A stretch of DNA of 64,000 bases from IMG/VR virus record IMGVR_UViG_3300024268_000012; one strand, given 5' to 3'. Shown here piece after piece: positions 1 through 9,086 of this stretch (position 1 is the first letter of the stretch; each line of letters starts with the position of its first letter). The position numbers were made by a program, and so were the translations under genes. Source of the stretch: a virus. Lineage: Duplodnaviria; Heunggongvirae; Uroviricota; Caudoviricetes. The notes beneath the pieces are model-generated. The model saw only the letters and a program-made list of their open reading frames with translations. It ran no database searches and was not told where the DNA came from.

Positions 1-3000
1 ATAAATTGCTAAAATTTTGTCCATCATTAATCCAGCGAAGTTGATCCATAAAACTGAACCAGCACCAGAGAAGATGGAAGCATCTTTAAATGCATGACCT
101 GTGTCGTCATAAATATCAGGATCTTCAGATACTAATGTTGCATCAGTGTTGTAGTCCCAAGAAACATGTCCGGAATTGTTTACACCTAACTGAGTATCAA
201 TATCGTAGAAAATTGGGAACCAAATAAAATCACCGTTAGCATTAGACTTAGCAGTTGGACCCCATGTTGCAATCATCATATTCTTTTGACGAGAGTCATA
301 GCACAAAAGCAATTCAGTCATAATGAAATAGATTGCACAATAATCAAGATCAAAGTGCTCAGTAAATTCATTTCTGAACTTAGCTTTTCTATAGCGGATA
401 GAGTCAGTATCAAATTTCTCATAAAGATCTGCGCTAAAACCTTCCCAGACCAAATTTACTTCAATAGTAAATTCATCACGAGCATAGTTTTCACTAATCT
501 CTAATCCACAATTTGCAACTGCCTCTTGGTCACTACCTTCAGGCATTTCGTAATAGAATAATCCATCTTCATGTTTTACAAAAGTATAAGGTCCAACGTA
601 TTTCTCATAATCATGAGTCATACCATTAGCTTTATCTTCTTCAGTCAGAGTGCCATTTACAGCTACTAAGAAATCAGTAAATGTCTTAAGATTATTAACA
701 ATTACGCTATTTGCATTATCTGTTTCATTCAAAGTCTGATAAGCAGCTTGAATGGTAGGAGTAATATTTGCTTTTGTATAAGTCTGATCTGCGCCAAGAG
801 TATAATAAGTAACACCATGCTCATATTGAGAAGATAAGGTTAAATAATATTTGGTCGCATCTAATGCACTACCAGTGAACTTTGTGGTATCTGTGCTATG
901 TACCCAATCCCACATTACCTTAAAATTCTTGGTATGATCTTTAATATACTGATTTGCTACACCAATCTCATTATCTTTATAAACATCTCCGATATCCCAG
1001 TCTTCATAAGTATAACGAGGCTCGAAATGATTATAAATTTGTAGACGACCAGCATTTTCTTCAGTGTTAGGAATTAATTCGTAGAAACCATTCACATCAT
1101 CGCTTTGGAATTTACCAAGACCAGACTGGTTCTGGCAGAATTCCCAACATTCGGCTAACTCGCCAAAAGTACTCTTACGAGGCGTAGTTTCTTCTCTTAG
1201 CTCTTCATCATCGCTTAATTCATCGACCTTCTGCCAAGAGGTATGAATCTTTTCTACGGAATATGGATTATATACACGTTTTGTTGGGTCTAAATCCCAT
1301 CCAAAGTCAAAGCCAAATGTATTGGTAGCACCCTTATCAAGATTAAAATTGTACTTACCAACATACTCAATATTACCATCAATGTCTTCCCAGAATACCA
1401 AAATTGGGAATCCGAAAACAGTGGTTCTATAATCTTTGGTTTGACCAAAATATTTCTTTAATGGATGTCTCAAGTCTGCACTCTTGTCACTGCCAGTTTG
1501 ATTTGCAATAGTCTGGATCAAATTGGCAAATTGCGTATTATGTGTACTTGAACTTTCCATATAGTCAGCTTTTAAACAGAAAGTCTTCGCGGCGATACCA
1601 TTACCAATATCAATTTTAGAAATCATTTTACTTTCGTCATTATGATCTTGATACCAGTAATCTTTCTTGTTTTCGTCGCCATCCCAAGTTTCAAAGCGGA
1701 AAGGTTTGTCCCAACTTGTAATACCAGAAACTTTTTCTTGGGTCTTTAACTTATAATTACGACGTGGATAACCCTGAGAAGAAGTTCCTTGCACGTCCAA
1801 TTCAACATTCTGACAATGGAAGCCTTGACTTGGTTTAGCTGGATTCCAGAAACGAATACCAACAGCTTTCTTGTTTCCTTTTGCGTAAGGAAGTTTATTG
1901 TCAGCCGTAGCACCTACATCAGAATTTTTATAAGTTGTAATAACCATTGTTGGGATAATATCTGCTTGACGCACTTTAGCATAATCAATTTTATTACTTT
2001 CAACAATAGAACCATTGCGATTATAACGATTATGTCTCTCATCAAGAGTTGGAGCATCACCAATCCAGTTTTGAGTAATCGCAGAATAATTTAATGCATT
2101 TGTGTAAACACGAATATTAAAAATATCAACATCACAATAATCAGAGTTAATAACAATCTTATCAACGGAAGCGCTAAAGTCATCATTAGAAGTAAATTTC
2201 ATAATATTGGTCAAAACACCATTAACATATAAATAAATTAATGGAATAGTATTTGAAGTTGGAGCACCAGTTTCTGTATTATAAATCTGAGTAAATTTAC
2301 CAGCTGCATCTACTACGATAGAAATTTTTACTCTTTCATCATCGGTATAACGAGCATTAACAACTTTAGTTTTAGAAAGACTGAAGAAAGCCTCTTGAGT
2401 ACCAAGCATAAAACCACGATAGTTGCTAGGATTAAAATATGTTAAAAATGCTCCTTCGCCACTAGATACAGTTTTTACCTGTTCAGTTTCTGGAGTTCCA
2501 TCTTCGTCGAACATTGGGTTGCCATTAGCATCAATCTTTTGTACTGCTTTTTCAATAATTAAGCGAGAGTAATCAACAGCATTACGAACTTTAAAATCAA
2601 ATTCATAAGTACGAGAAGCCGCTTTGACAGTAGACATCGCTGCTAAAGGAATTTCAACAGAAGCACCATTGCTAACTCTTAAACAAGTACCTTCAGATTC
2701 ATCCTCAATCCAACCATTATTAGCCCAGTTAAAATTATTAAATTTAATTTCTCCAAGACCAATAGTATCATCTTGAGTTTCTGCTTTGTTTGGCCATTGT
2801 TGACGTTTATTTGGGGTTTCTAGATTAGAACGTCCAAGAGCATTCAAATATAAAACTGCACCTTTTGTAGCGTCAAGGTCCATCTTATAATTTGGAACAA
2901 TGAACACTTGGAATTCTTTATAAGTTAAACCGCACTGTAAAATGAAAGAGTTCATTTCATTTACATTATAAGTAGCGATAGTCCATGGTTGCCATTCGGT

Positions 3001-4260
3001 TTCAGAATAAGTTACAGTAACACCAATTTGTTCTTCACCATTGATGTAATATTCAACATACGCTTTACCATCATTACGAGTTGGATCATATACATTATAA
3101 GGAATCTTAATAATTGTATAATTTTCCTCTTCTGTCTTATTATATGGAGACCAAATAATTGGTACAGCTTTTTCACCAGAAGTGATATTTCTAAATACAC
3201 CAATACCGTAATGATAATCACCAACAACAACTTCACTCGTGCCGATCATCATTGTCGCGTGAACATCTAATGTATGACCACCTTGATCTACGTTAGACAA
3301 TAAATCATTTAATTTAAAGGCGCCACTTTGAGAAGTAACAACATCGCTTACTTCATAGCTAAGTCCGCTTAATCCATCAGTGAGCGTATAAACAACATTA
3401 ATACTCCAGTCGTCAGGAAGCTTAGATCCTTGTCCGGCATAAACTTTATAATAATATTGCACATCTTGTTCTTCTGGTTTTAAGAGTGCAATTGGATTCC
3501 ATTGATTTGTTGGCTCATAGTGAACATCAACACAAGTAACTTGACGAGTTACTGGAGAGCTATAGCGGAGATCTACTTCTACTTGGAAAAGGAAATAGTT
3601 CTGATCACCAGCAACCACATCATCGGCATTTAGCTCAATATCAAACCAATCTCCAACATCAACGGTAAAACTCTTTGTAAAACGAGGAGCAATACCTTCT
3701 TTATATTCTCCAACGTTATTATAAATTTGCAAAGTAAAAGTACCAGATTGACCTCCGCGGGCATCAGTAACTTTACCTTTACCAATTAACTTTGTTCCAT
3801 ATGGATGATATTTAGGAAAATCAATAGAAAGCAAAATGCTGGAATCGAAGATTTCATCTCCATCTCCATCGCCGATTCCACCACCACCGCCACCGGCAAT
3901 GAGAAGCTTTTCGCAATAAGCAAGAACATCATCCATCTGCACAATCTTATAGAACGTATTATCAGAATTAATAATAATACTACCAACAAGATAGTGATCT
4001 TCTAAAATATTCTCACGAGGAAATGGATATAGTGCTGTTTCAGGATCTAAAACAAGCTCTTCGGGTGGAGTGTCACCATAAACGAAAAGGATACCATTTC
4101 CGCTCATTTGATAACGGTTACCATTTACATCGAAGAAGATTTTTCTATTATCATAAGCAAAATAAACGGCGCCGTTTCTTTTAATCGCGGCATTAACCAT
4201 TTCTTCTGTACCATGATAAGGACTAAAAGCATCAGTAGAGATTCTTTCAGATACATTCAT
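1..4260 (-). CDS. Large virion/tail-associated protein with LamG-like and CotH-kinase-like domains (3' end outside window, >1420 aa)
   Basis: Missing from the ORF track because it has no stop in the window. ATG at 4260 after GAGGAAGGAG; the frame is open to position 1 with no TAG. Motifs ELDVQGTSSQGYPRRNYK, FCLKADYMESSSTHNTQFANL, YVGKYNFNLDK and CYDSRQKNMMIATW...WFPIFYDIDTQLG resemble the CotH/Fam20C-like fold. A beta-rich LIYLYVNGVL...DVDIFNIRVY segment is LamG-like. Confidence 0.8.
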   Translation of the reverse strand, partial: MNVSERISTDAFSPYHGTEEMVNAAIKRNGAVYFAYDNRKIFFDVNGNRYQMSGNGILFVYGDTPPEELVLDPETALYPFPRENILEDHYLVGSIIINSDNTFYKIVQMDDVLAYCEKLLIAGGGGGGIGDGDGDEIFDSSILLSIDFPKYHPYGTKLIGKGKVTDARGGQSGTFTLQIYNNVGEYKEGIAPRFTKSFTVDVGDWFDIELNADDVVAGDQNYFLFQVEVDLRYSSPVTRQVTCVDVHYEPTNQWNPIALLKPEEQDVQYYYKVYAGQGSKLPDDWSINVVYTLTDGLSGLSYEVSDVVTSQSGAFKLNDLLSNVDQGGHTLDVHATMMIGTSEVVVGDYHYGIGVFRNITSGEKAVPIIWSPYNKTEEENYTIIKIPYNVYDPTRNDGKAYVEYYINGEEQIGVTVTYSETEWQPWTIATYNVNEMNSFILQCGLTYKEFQVFIVPNYKMDLDATKGAVLYLNALGRSNLETPNKRQQWPNKAETQDDTIGLGEIKFNNFNWANNGWIEDESEGTCLRVSNGASVEIPLAAMSTVKAASRTYEFDFKVRNAVDYSRLIIEKAVQKIDANGNPMFDEDGTPETEQVKTVSSGEGAFLTYFNPSNYRGFMLGTQEAFFSLSKTKVVNARYTDDERVKISIVVDAAGKFTQIYNTETGAPTSNTIPLIYLYVNGVLTNIMKFTSNDDFSASVDKIVINSDYCDVDIFNIRVYTNALNYSAITQNWIGDAPTLDERHNRYNRNGSIVESNKIDYAKVRQADIIPTMVITTYKNSDVGATADNKLPYAKGNKKAVGIRFWNPAKPSQGFHCQNVELDVQGTSSQGYPRRNYKLKTQEKVSGITSWDKPFRFETWDGDENKKDYWYQDHNDESKMISKIDIGNGIAAKTFCLKADYMESSSTHNTQFANLIQTIANQTGSDKSADLRHPLKKYFGQTKDYRTTVFGFPILVFWEDIDGNIEYVGKYNFNLDKGATNTFGFDFGWDLDPTKRVYNPYSVEKIHTSWQKVDELSDDEELREETTPRKSTFGELAECWEFCQNQSGLGKFQSDDVNGFYELIPNTEENAGRLQIYNHFEPRYTYEDWDIGDVYKDNEIGVANQYIKDHTKNFKVMWDWVHSTDTTKFTGSALDATKYYLTLSSQYEHGVTYYTLGADQTYTKANITPTIQAAYQTLNETDNANSVIVNNLKTFTDFLVAVNGTLTEEDKANGMTHDYEKYVGPYTFVKHEDGLFYYEMPEGSDQEAVANCGLEISENYARDEFTIEVNLVWEGFSADLYEKFDTDSIRYRKAKFRNEFTEHFDLDYCAIYFIMTELLLCYDSRQKNMMIATWGPTAKSNANGDFIWFPIFYDIDTQLGVNNSGHVSWDYNTDATLVSEDPDIYDDTGHAFKDASIFSGAGSVLWINFAGLMMDKILAIY

Positions 4261-4283
4261 AAAACGATTTTCTCCTTCCTCTC

Positions 4284-4322
4284 AAAAAATAAAAAGGGCA
4301 AAGTGCAGTGTCACTTTGCCCT
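4284..4322 (-). terminator. Rho-independent terminator
   Basis: Perfect 11-bp stem AGGGCAAAGTG/CACTTTGCCCT followed by a T-run on the minus strand, just after the 4342 stop. Confidence 0.8.
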
Positions 4323-4341
4323 GTGTAGTAAAATTTATAAA

Positions 4342-5988
4342 TTAGGCGAATTCTCCCCAGACAAGATCAATAGTAACTGCAGAACCAGAAGCGGTTACAG
4401 TTAAGTTATTACTCTTAACGGAGAAGGAGCCTTCTACTTCCTCACCAGACTGCTGAGCCACGACAGTCTTAACAGTCGCGGTATTGCTTGCAGCGGATGC
4501 AGAATAAGCAATACTGCTAAGAGTGTGATTGGCTACAGAATAAGTACCAGTGGTGATAGCAGTTACATGGCCATACTCATCATAAGTTACGCCACTAATC
4601 GCAGCGAAGGTTTGAGTGGTACCAGCAGTAGTAAGATTTGCAGTACTGGTCTTTGCCTGTACGGTCTTAGTTGGGTGAGCAATAGTTAAAGTAGTACCAC
4701 TAGCGCTGCCAGTTAAGCCACTACCAACTGCAATAGAACCAACATTAGACTCTTCACTTGCAAAGCTCTGAACAAGAGTGAATTCAGAATCAGAAACAGC
4801 AGCTGTATACTGATACAAATCATCATTGCCTGCAGGTACGTACTTCCACTCAAGAGCAGCAGTAATCTTACCGTCGGTCTCAGTACCAGTTGCAATGAAC
4901 AAATCACCGACCTTGGCGCCAGCTTGTACCAAAGCACCAGAAGTATTCTTGATATCGCCAGCGGTACTTACAATGTAAGTATCACCAACTGCAACACCAG
5001 AATTAGCAACTGGAAGATTGGTAGTTCCGCCAACCGCGCCAATAAATGTCATTGCATTCGCAGTCTTTAGCTGTGCGGTAATTGCAGCATCAACTTCAGT
5101 CTTAGTGTAAAGATCAGCAAGAGTTGCAGTACCATTTACAAACTGAGCAGTCGCCTTTGCTGCGCCATAACCATACTTAATAATCGGAGTGATACCGGTG
5201 CTAGCAACTTCCTCACCATCAGCAAGCTGAATAGTAGTCTTAAAGGCACCATTATTATCAAAAGCATTGGTAATGCTCTGAGGGGCAACATTCAAATTAA
5301 TTTGATTTGTGCCAGTTGCAGTAATCGCAACACCGCCACCATTATTTAACTTTAAGGTATGGTTGGTAGTGCTTGCAGTTTTTGCAGTACCATCTGCATT
5401 ATAACCACTCTTGATTTCACCCAAGGTGATAGTAGCCACATTACTTGCAACGCTTGCGCCCAAGCTATTGCTGGTAATAGTATCTGCAGAAGTGATGACA
5501 ATACCATTGCTATCAGCATTAACATTGGTAGTCGCGGTATTACCACTTGCAATAATTAAGCTAAATCCATCGGTTACATCTGTGCCATTCTTGTCATACA
5601 AAGAAAGCTTAGCCTTAGCCTTCTCGCCATCAGTTACTTCTGAATATACAGTTTCGCTGCTGGCAATAATATTCTCAAGAACAGGAGCAGCATTAATTTG
5701 TACCCATTGAGAATTGTTTTCAGTTGTATTATAGCAACACAAAATGTTATCCTTGCGGACATAGTAAAGAGCAGTCTTACGCTCCTCAGGTGGATAAGTA
5801 GGCAAATCCGCAGTGGTATTTACCATAACAATATCACTTAAACGAAGTCTCTTGCCACCCAAGTCAGCATACATAATATGCTCATCGGTCGTAACATACA
5901 CATTACCATTAGTAATGTCAACCTTACTTAGATTAGTAGATAAACCACTTAAAAAGCGAAGTTTGTTATCTGTTGCATTAATCGCCAT
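4342..5988 (-). CDS. Tail-fibre-like structural protein (548 aa)
   Basis: Intact ORF, Thr/Ala/Gly-rich beta-type sequence. N-terminal GNVYVTTDEHIMYAD motif, GDTYIV..GDLFIATG and TYDEYGHVT motifs typical of phage fibres. Located distal to the tail-tip genes. Confidence 0.65.
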   Translation of the reverse strand: MAINATDNKLRFLSGLSTNLSKVDITNGNVYVTTDEHIMYADLGGKRLRLSDIVMVNTTADLPTYPPEERKTALYYVRKDNILCCYNTTENNSQWVQINAAPVLENIIASSETVYSEVTDGEKAKAKLSLYDKNGTDVTDGFSLIIASGNTATTNVNADSNGIVITSADTITSNSLGASVASNVATITLGEIKSGYNADGTAKTASTTNHTLKLNNGGGVAITATGTNQINLNVAPQSITNAFDNNGAFKTTIQLADGEEVASTGITPIIKYGYGAAKATAQFVNGTATLADLYTKTEVDAAITAQLKTANAMTFIGAVGGTTNLPVANSGVAVGDTYIVSTAGDIKNTSGALVQAGAKVGDLFIATGTETDGKITAALEWKYVPAGNDDLYQYTAAVSDSEFTLVQSFASEESNVGSIAVGSGLTGSASGTTLTIAHPTKTVQAKTSTANLTTAGTTQTFAAISGVTYDEYGHVTAITTGTYSVANHTLSSIAYSASAASNTATVKTVVAQQSGEEVEGSFSVKSNNLTVTASGSAVTIDLVWGEFA

Positions 5989-6007
5989 AAGTTAGTCCCT
6001 CCTATTT

Positions 6008-7363
6008 TTAATTATCAGAAATTGCAGACCAAGTCATAGTCATGCTAGAAGAACGAGCATCGACATACTCGGTAACAGTAGTATAAGTAACTCCATCAAA
6101 AGTAAGATTTCCAATGCGACTATCCATCGGTTGAGCCCAATTGCCTTGAGCAGTTAATACATACATATTATCTGTATCGGCAACAACACCAGCTGATGGA
6201 ACAGGCACTAAACCAGCTAAGCCTTGACTCTTAGTAAAATCATAAAGTAAAGCTTTACCGTCAGACTCAGGAACATCTGTACCATTAATACGAACACCAT
6301 TAATATAATCTAATCCGCCAATTTGATTTTGTAGATTTTCTAAGGAGCCAAGAATGCCTGAGGCAATAATTGGATTGCCTTCTGCATCAGTACCGGAAGC
6401 AGTTCCGATAATTGAGGCTAAACCATCTACATCAGTACGTAACGTACCAATATTAGTTTGTGCAATTTTAACAGAACTTTCTAATGTGCCAGTACGAGAC
6501 TCTAAATTGGCAATAGATGTATTTAATGTCCCAACAGTTGTTTTTAAACCAGAAACATCTGTCTCAAGTGTTCCTATACGAGTTTCAAAACTAGAAAGAT
6601 CAACTGGGCTACCCAACTCTTCCCATTTTTGTCCATCGTAGATATATTCTGTTGAAGTTTCTTTTACGATATAAATATCGCCAGATTCTGCTGTTTCTGG
6701 AAGATCATCTTCTGTTTCAACAGAACCGCGATAATGAGTTGCTCCAGCGAATTCCGCTTGAGCCTCTTCCTTAGTATAATAATTATTGGTTAGATTGGAT
6801 TTAACACCTGCGACCTCAGTTTGCAATGCAGTAATTGCGGTTTGAAGTCCATCTACAGTAGTTGGATTTGGTTCATACCAACCTAAAACGAAAGTTGTAC
6901 CATCTTCATCAAGAGTAACCTGAGGAATTAATCCTGCTTTCCAAGGGTACTCATCATTAACTTCTTGAAGCACGTAAGCGGCAGGAACTTCTGCCCCAGA
7001 CTCATCTTCATGAGCAGCAACATAACGATAATACTTAGATCCAAAATCTCGTAAAGTCAAAAGACCCTGATCATCAAGAACAATAGTATTTTCGTCTACA
7101 TTAACTGCGTCTCCACCTGCTCCAGAACCAACTTCAAGTAAAGTGCCAGCAGTATCGGAAATTACATATACCGTAGAGGTGTTATCTGTTTCATTAACAT
7201 AAGTAACAATTTGACCAACATAAGCAACTGTGCTTGTGCTTGCATATGTTACAAGAGCGTCATAATCATACCAAATAGAAGTGGAATCTAATGGAATAGG
7301 GTTACCACGCTTGATATTAATCGGAAGAGGCATAAATCCGCCGTCTTTTTTAATTACAGCCAT
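6008..7363 (-). CDS. Tail-fibre/minor virion protein with coiled-coil stalk (451 aa)
   Basis: Intact ORF with SD. Heptad-like LETDVSGLKTTVGTLNTSIANLE repeats and a YRGSV..GDIYIV...YIYDGQKWEELG fibre motif. Confidence 0.6.
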   Translation of the reverse strand: MAVIKKDGGFMPLPINIKRGNPIPLDSTSIWYDYDALVTYASTSTVAYVGQIVTYVNETDNTSTVYVISDTAGTLLEVGSGAGGDAVNVDENTIVLDDQGLLTLRDFGSKYYRYVAAHEDESGAEVPAAYVLQEVNDEYPWKAGLIPQVTLDEDGTTFVLGWYEPNPTTVDGLQTAITALQTEVAGVKSNLTNNYYTKEEAQAEFAGATHYRGSVETEDDLPETAESGDIYIVKETSTEYIYDGQKWEELGSPVDLSSFETRIGTLETDVSGLKTTVGTLNTSIANLESRTGTLESSVKIAQTNIGTLRTDVDGLASIIGTASGTDAEGNPIIASGILGSLENLQNQIGGLDYINGVRINGTDVPESDGKALLYDFTKSQGLAGLVPVPSAGVVADTDNMYVLTAQGNWAQPMDSRIGNLTFDGVTYTTVTEYVDARSSSMTMTWSAISDN

Positions 7364-7377
7364 TTCTTTTCTCCTCC

Positions 7378-8589
7378 TTATCCTAAAGTAATTACGTAGT
7401 TTTCAGTTGGATCGAGAGCTGCTGGCTCATATACCCAAACTTTATAGTCTACTGCCTGGTAACCGCTCTTGCCTTCAACTTGTACGTAATCCTCTTGAAG
7501 TTTGAACTCAGAAGTAATATCTGCGTTCTGACTGACAGGCATAGTAACTTTCTTAACACCAATAGAGCTTGTCGCAGGAATTGCAACAACTACCTTCGCG
7601 GCATTCGCCACTGAACTTGCCTCATATTGAGGCAATGTTTTTGCGGAAACTGCTGCATTACTATTTGTTAATTTTCTAATATTGGCAGAATTTAAGGCTG
7701 TACCTGCAGTCATTGCACCATAGAAAAATTGACGATAGCCATAAAGCTTACCGCTCTTAGCTGTTGCAGTTCCTTCTTTAATGCGATAGCCTGCAACTGC
7801 ATTACCCAAATTATTAACAGGAATGTCACCTTGAGTATATTCTGCAGTAGCATTAATGTAATAAGCAGTATCATCAGTTACAGTCAAAGCTGGGAATGTA
7901 CCAGTAGTTGCTGTCTGAGCAGTATTGCCAATGGTATCAGTGACAGAATAAGTTGCAGTGACACCAGTTGGACTAGGACCATATTCATAAGAGCCTGGAT
8001 TAAAAGTCAAAGTATAGCTTGGGGTCACAGTACTGCCAACTTCATAGGCTTTGTTTTGTGCTGCGGCGATACTTAAACCTGGCTGAGTAACATCAGGATT
8101 TTCTGGTTGAGAGAACAACATTTCAAAAACTTCTTTAACATTTTTGCCTTGTGTTTGTACAACCTCAGAACCAGAAGCACCAATCTCAACATATCCTACG
8201 TCAGTAGTAAATGTTAAATTCTGGTCAAAATAAACGTTTTCAGCGTTATAATTGCCATCCATGGCTTTCCAGTGAATGCCGTCATAAACATAAGCTGTAT
8301 GACTATAAGAATCACCAAAAAGTAATTCCTTAATTACACATACATCATTTTTAATGAGTGTGGCACCAGCAGTAACTCTTGCAATTGCTTCTTCCTTAGA
8401 CTCAGTAAACACGCCATTTTCTTGAAGGCGTACGCCTTCATAAAAATTAGCTTGAGCTAAATTTTTTTCTCCTCGAAGCAATTCTCCGGTATCTGTTAAG
8501 AAGTATAATGCATTACTTTGTTTAGAAGCTAAAGCATTATATTCTGCTCGCGTACCAAATTTAAAGAGTACGGGACTATTAGTTGCCAT
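7378..8589 (-). CDS. Minor virion/fibre-associated protein with Ig-like beta domains (~403 aa)
   Basis: ATG at 8589 after GAAGGGGG. N-terminal FKFGTRAEYNAL..NALYFLTDTGEL motif common in fibre N-termini; TAA stop. Confidence 0.6.
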   Translation of the reverse strand: MATNSPVLFKFGTRAEYNALASKQSNALYFLTDTGELLRGEKNLAQANFYEGVRLQENGVFTESKEEAIARVTAGATLIKNDVCVIKELLFGDSYSHTAYVYDGIHWKAMDGNYNAENVYFDQNLTFTTDVGYVEIGASGSEVVQTQGKNVKEVFEMLFSQPENPDVTQPGLSIAAAQNKAYEVGSTVTPSYTLTFNPGSYEYGPSPTGVTATYSVTDTIGNTAQTATTGTFPALTVTDDTAYYINATAEYTQGDIPVNNLGNAVAGYRIKEGTATAKSGKLYGYRQFFYGAMTAGTALNSANIRKLTNSNAAVSAKTLPQYEASSVANAAKVVVAIPATSSIGVKKVTMPVSQNADITSEFKLQEDYVQVEGKSGYQAVDYKVWVYEPAALDPTENYVITLG

Positions 8590-8685
8590 AAGCAATTTAC
8601 CCCCTTCTTTATTATAAATAAAATGTTGAGCTACGCTCTTTTTTCTATCAAATTATGACTAATTCAATTATCTAATACAACCCAT

Positions 8686-9075
8686 TTATGCAGCTGTATC
8701 ATAAGTATAATCAATGAATAGATAAAGAGGATCGTCATTATCTAAAATGCGGTTTGCATTTAGAAAATTCTAAATTGAGTTAGCATCAAAGCGTAAGCTA
8801 TAAATAGGTACTTGCATTACATTAGTGGTATCAAAAGACCACTTGCCTCGAGTATCTTCTTTATATAGACCATTCACGCGCGTGCTTAATGGAGTAGGAG
8901 TGTCATTTAAATAAAATTTAATTCCAAATACTCCTCCAGAGATAGTTAAAGCTGAAATACGAATGGAACTATCAAACATAGAACCACTAATTAACATTTC
9001 TGCAGTTAAATTGGCAGGATAATTACGACTATCTCCATCTTTAACATATCGCATTTGTTTTGTTTTTGTTGCCAT
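8686..9075 (-). CDS. Hypothetical tail-region protein (129 aa; 1 TAG read as Gln)
   Basis: Track ORF stops at TAG (8770). Read-through adds QNFLNANRILDNDDPLYLFIDYTYDTAA and ends at TAA 8686. Confidence 0.75.
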
Positions 9076-9086
9076 AATATCCCTCC

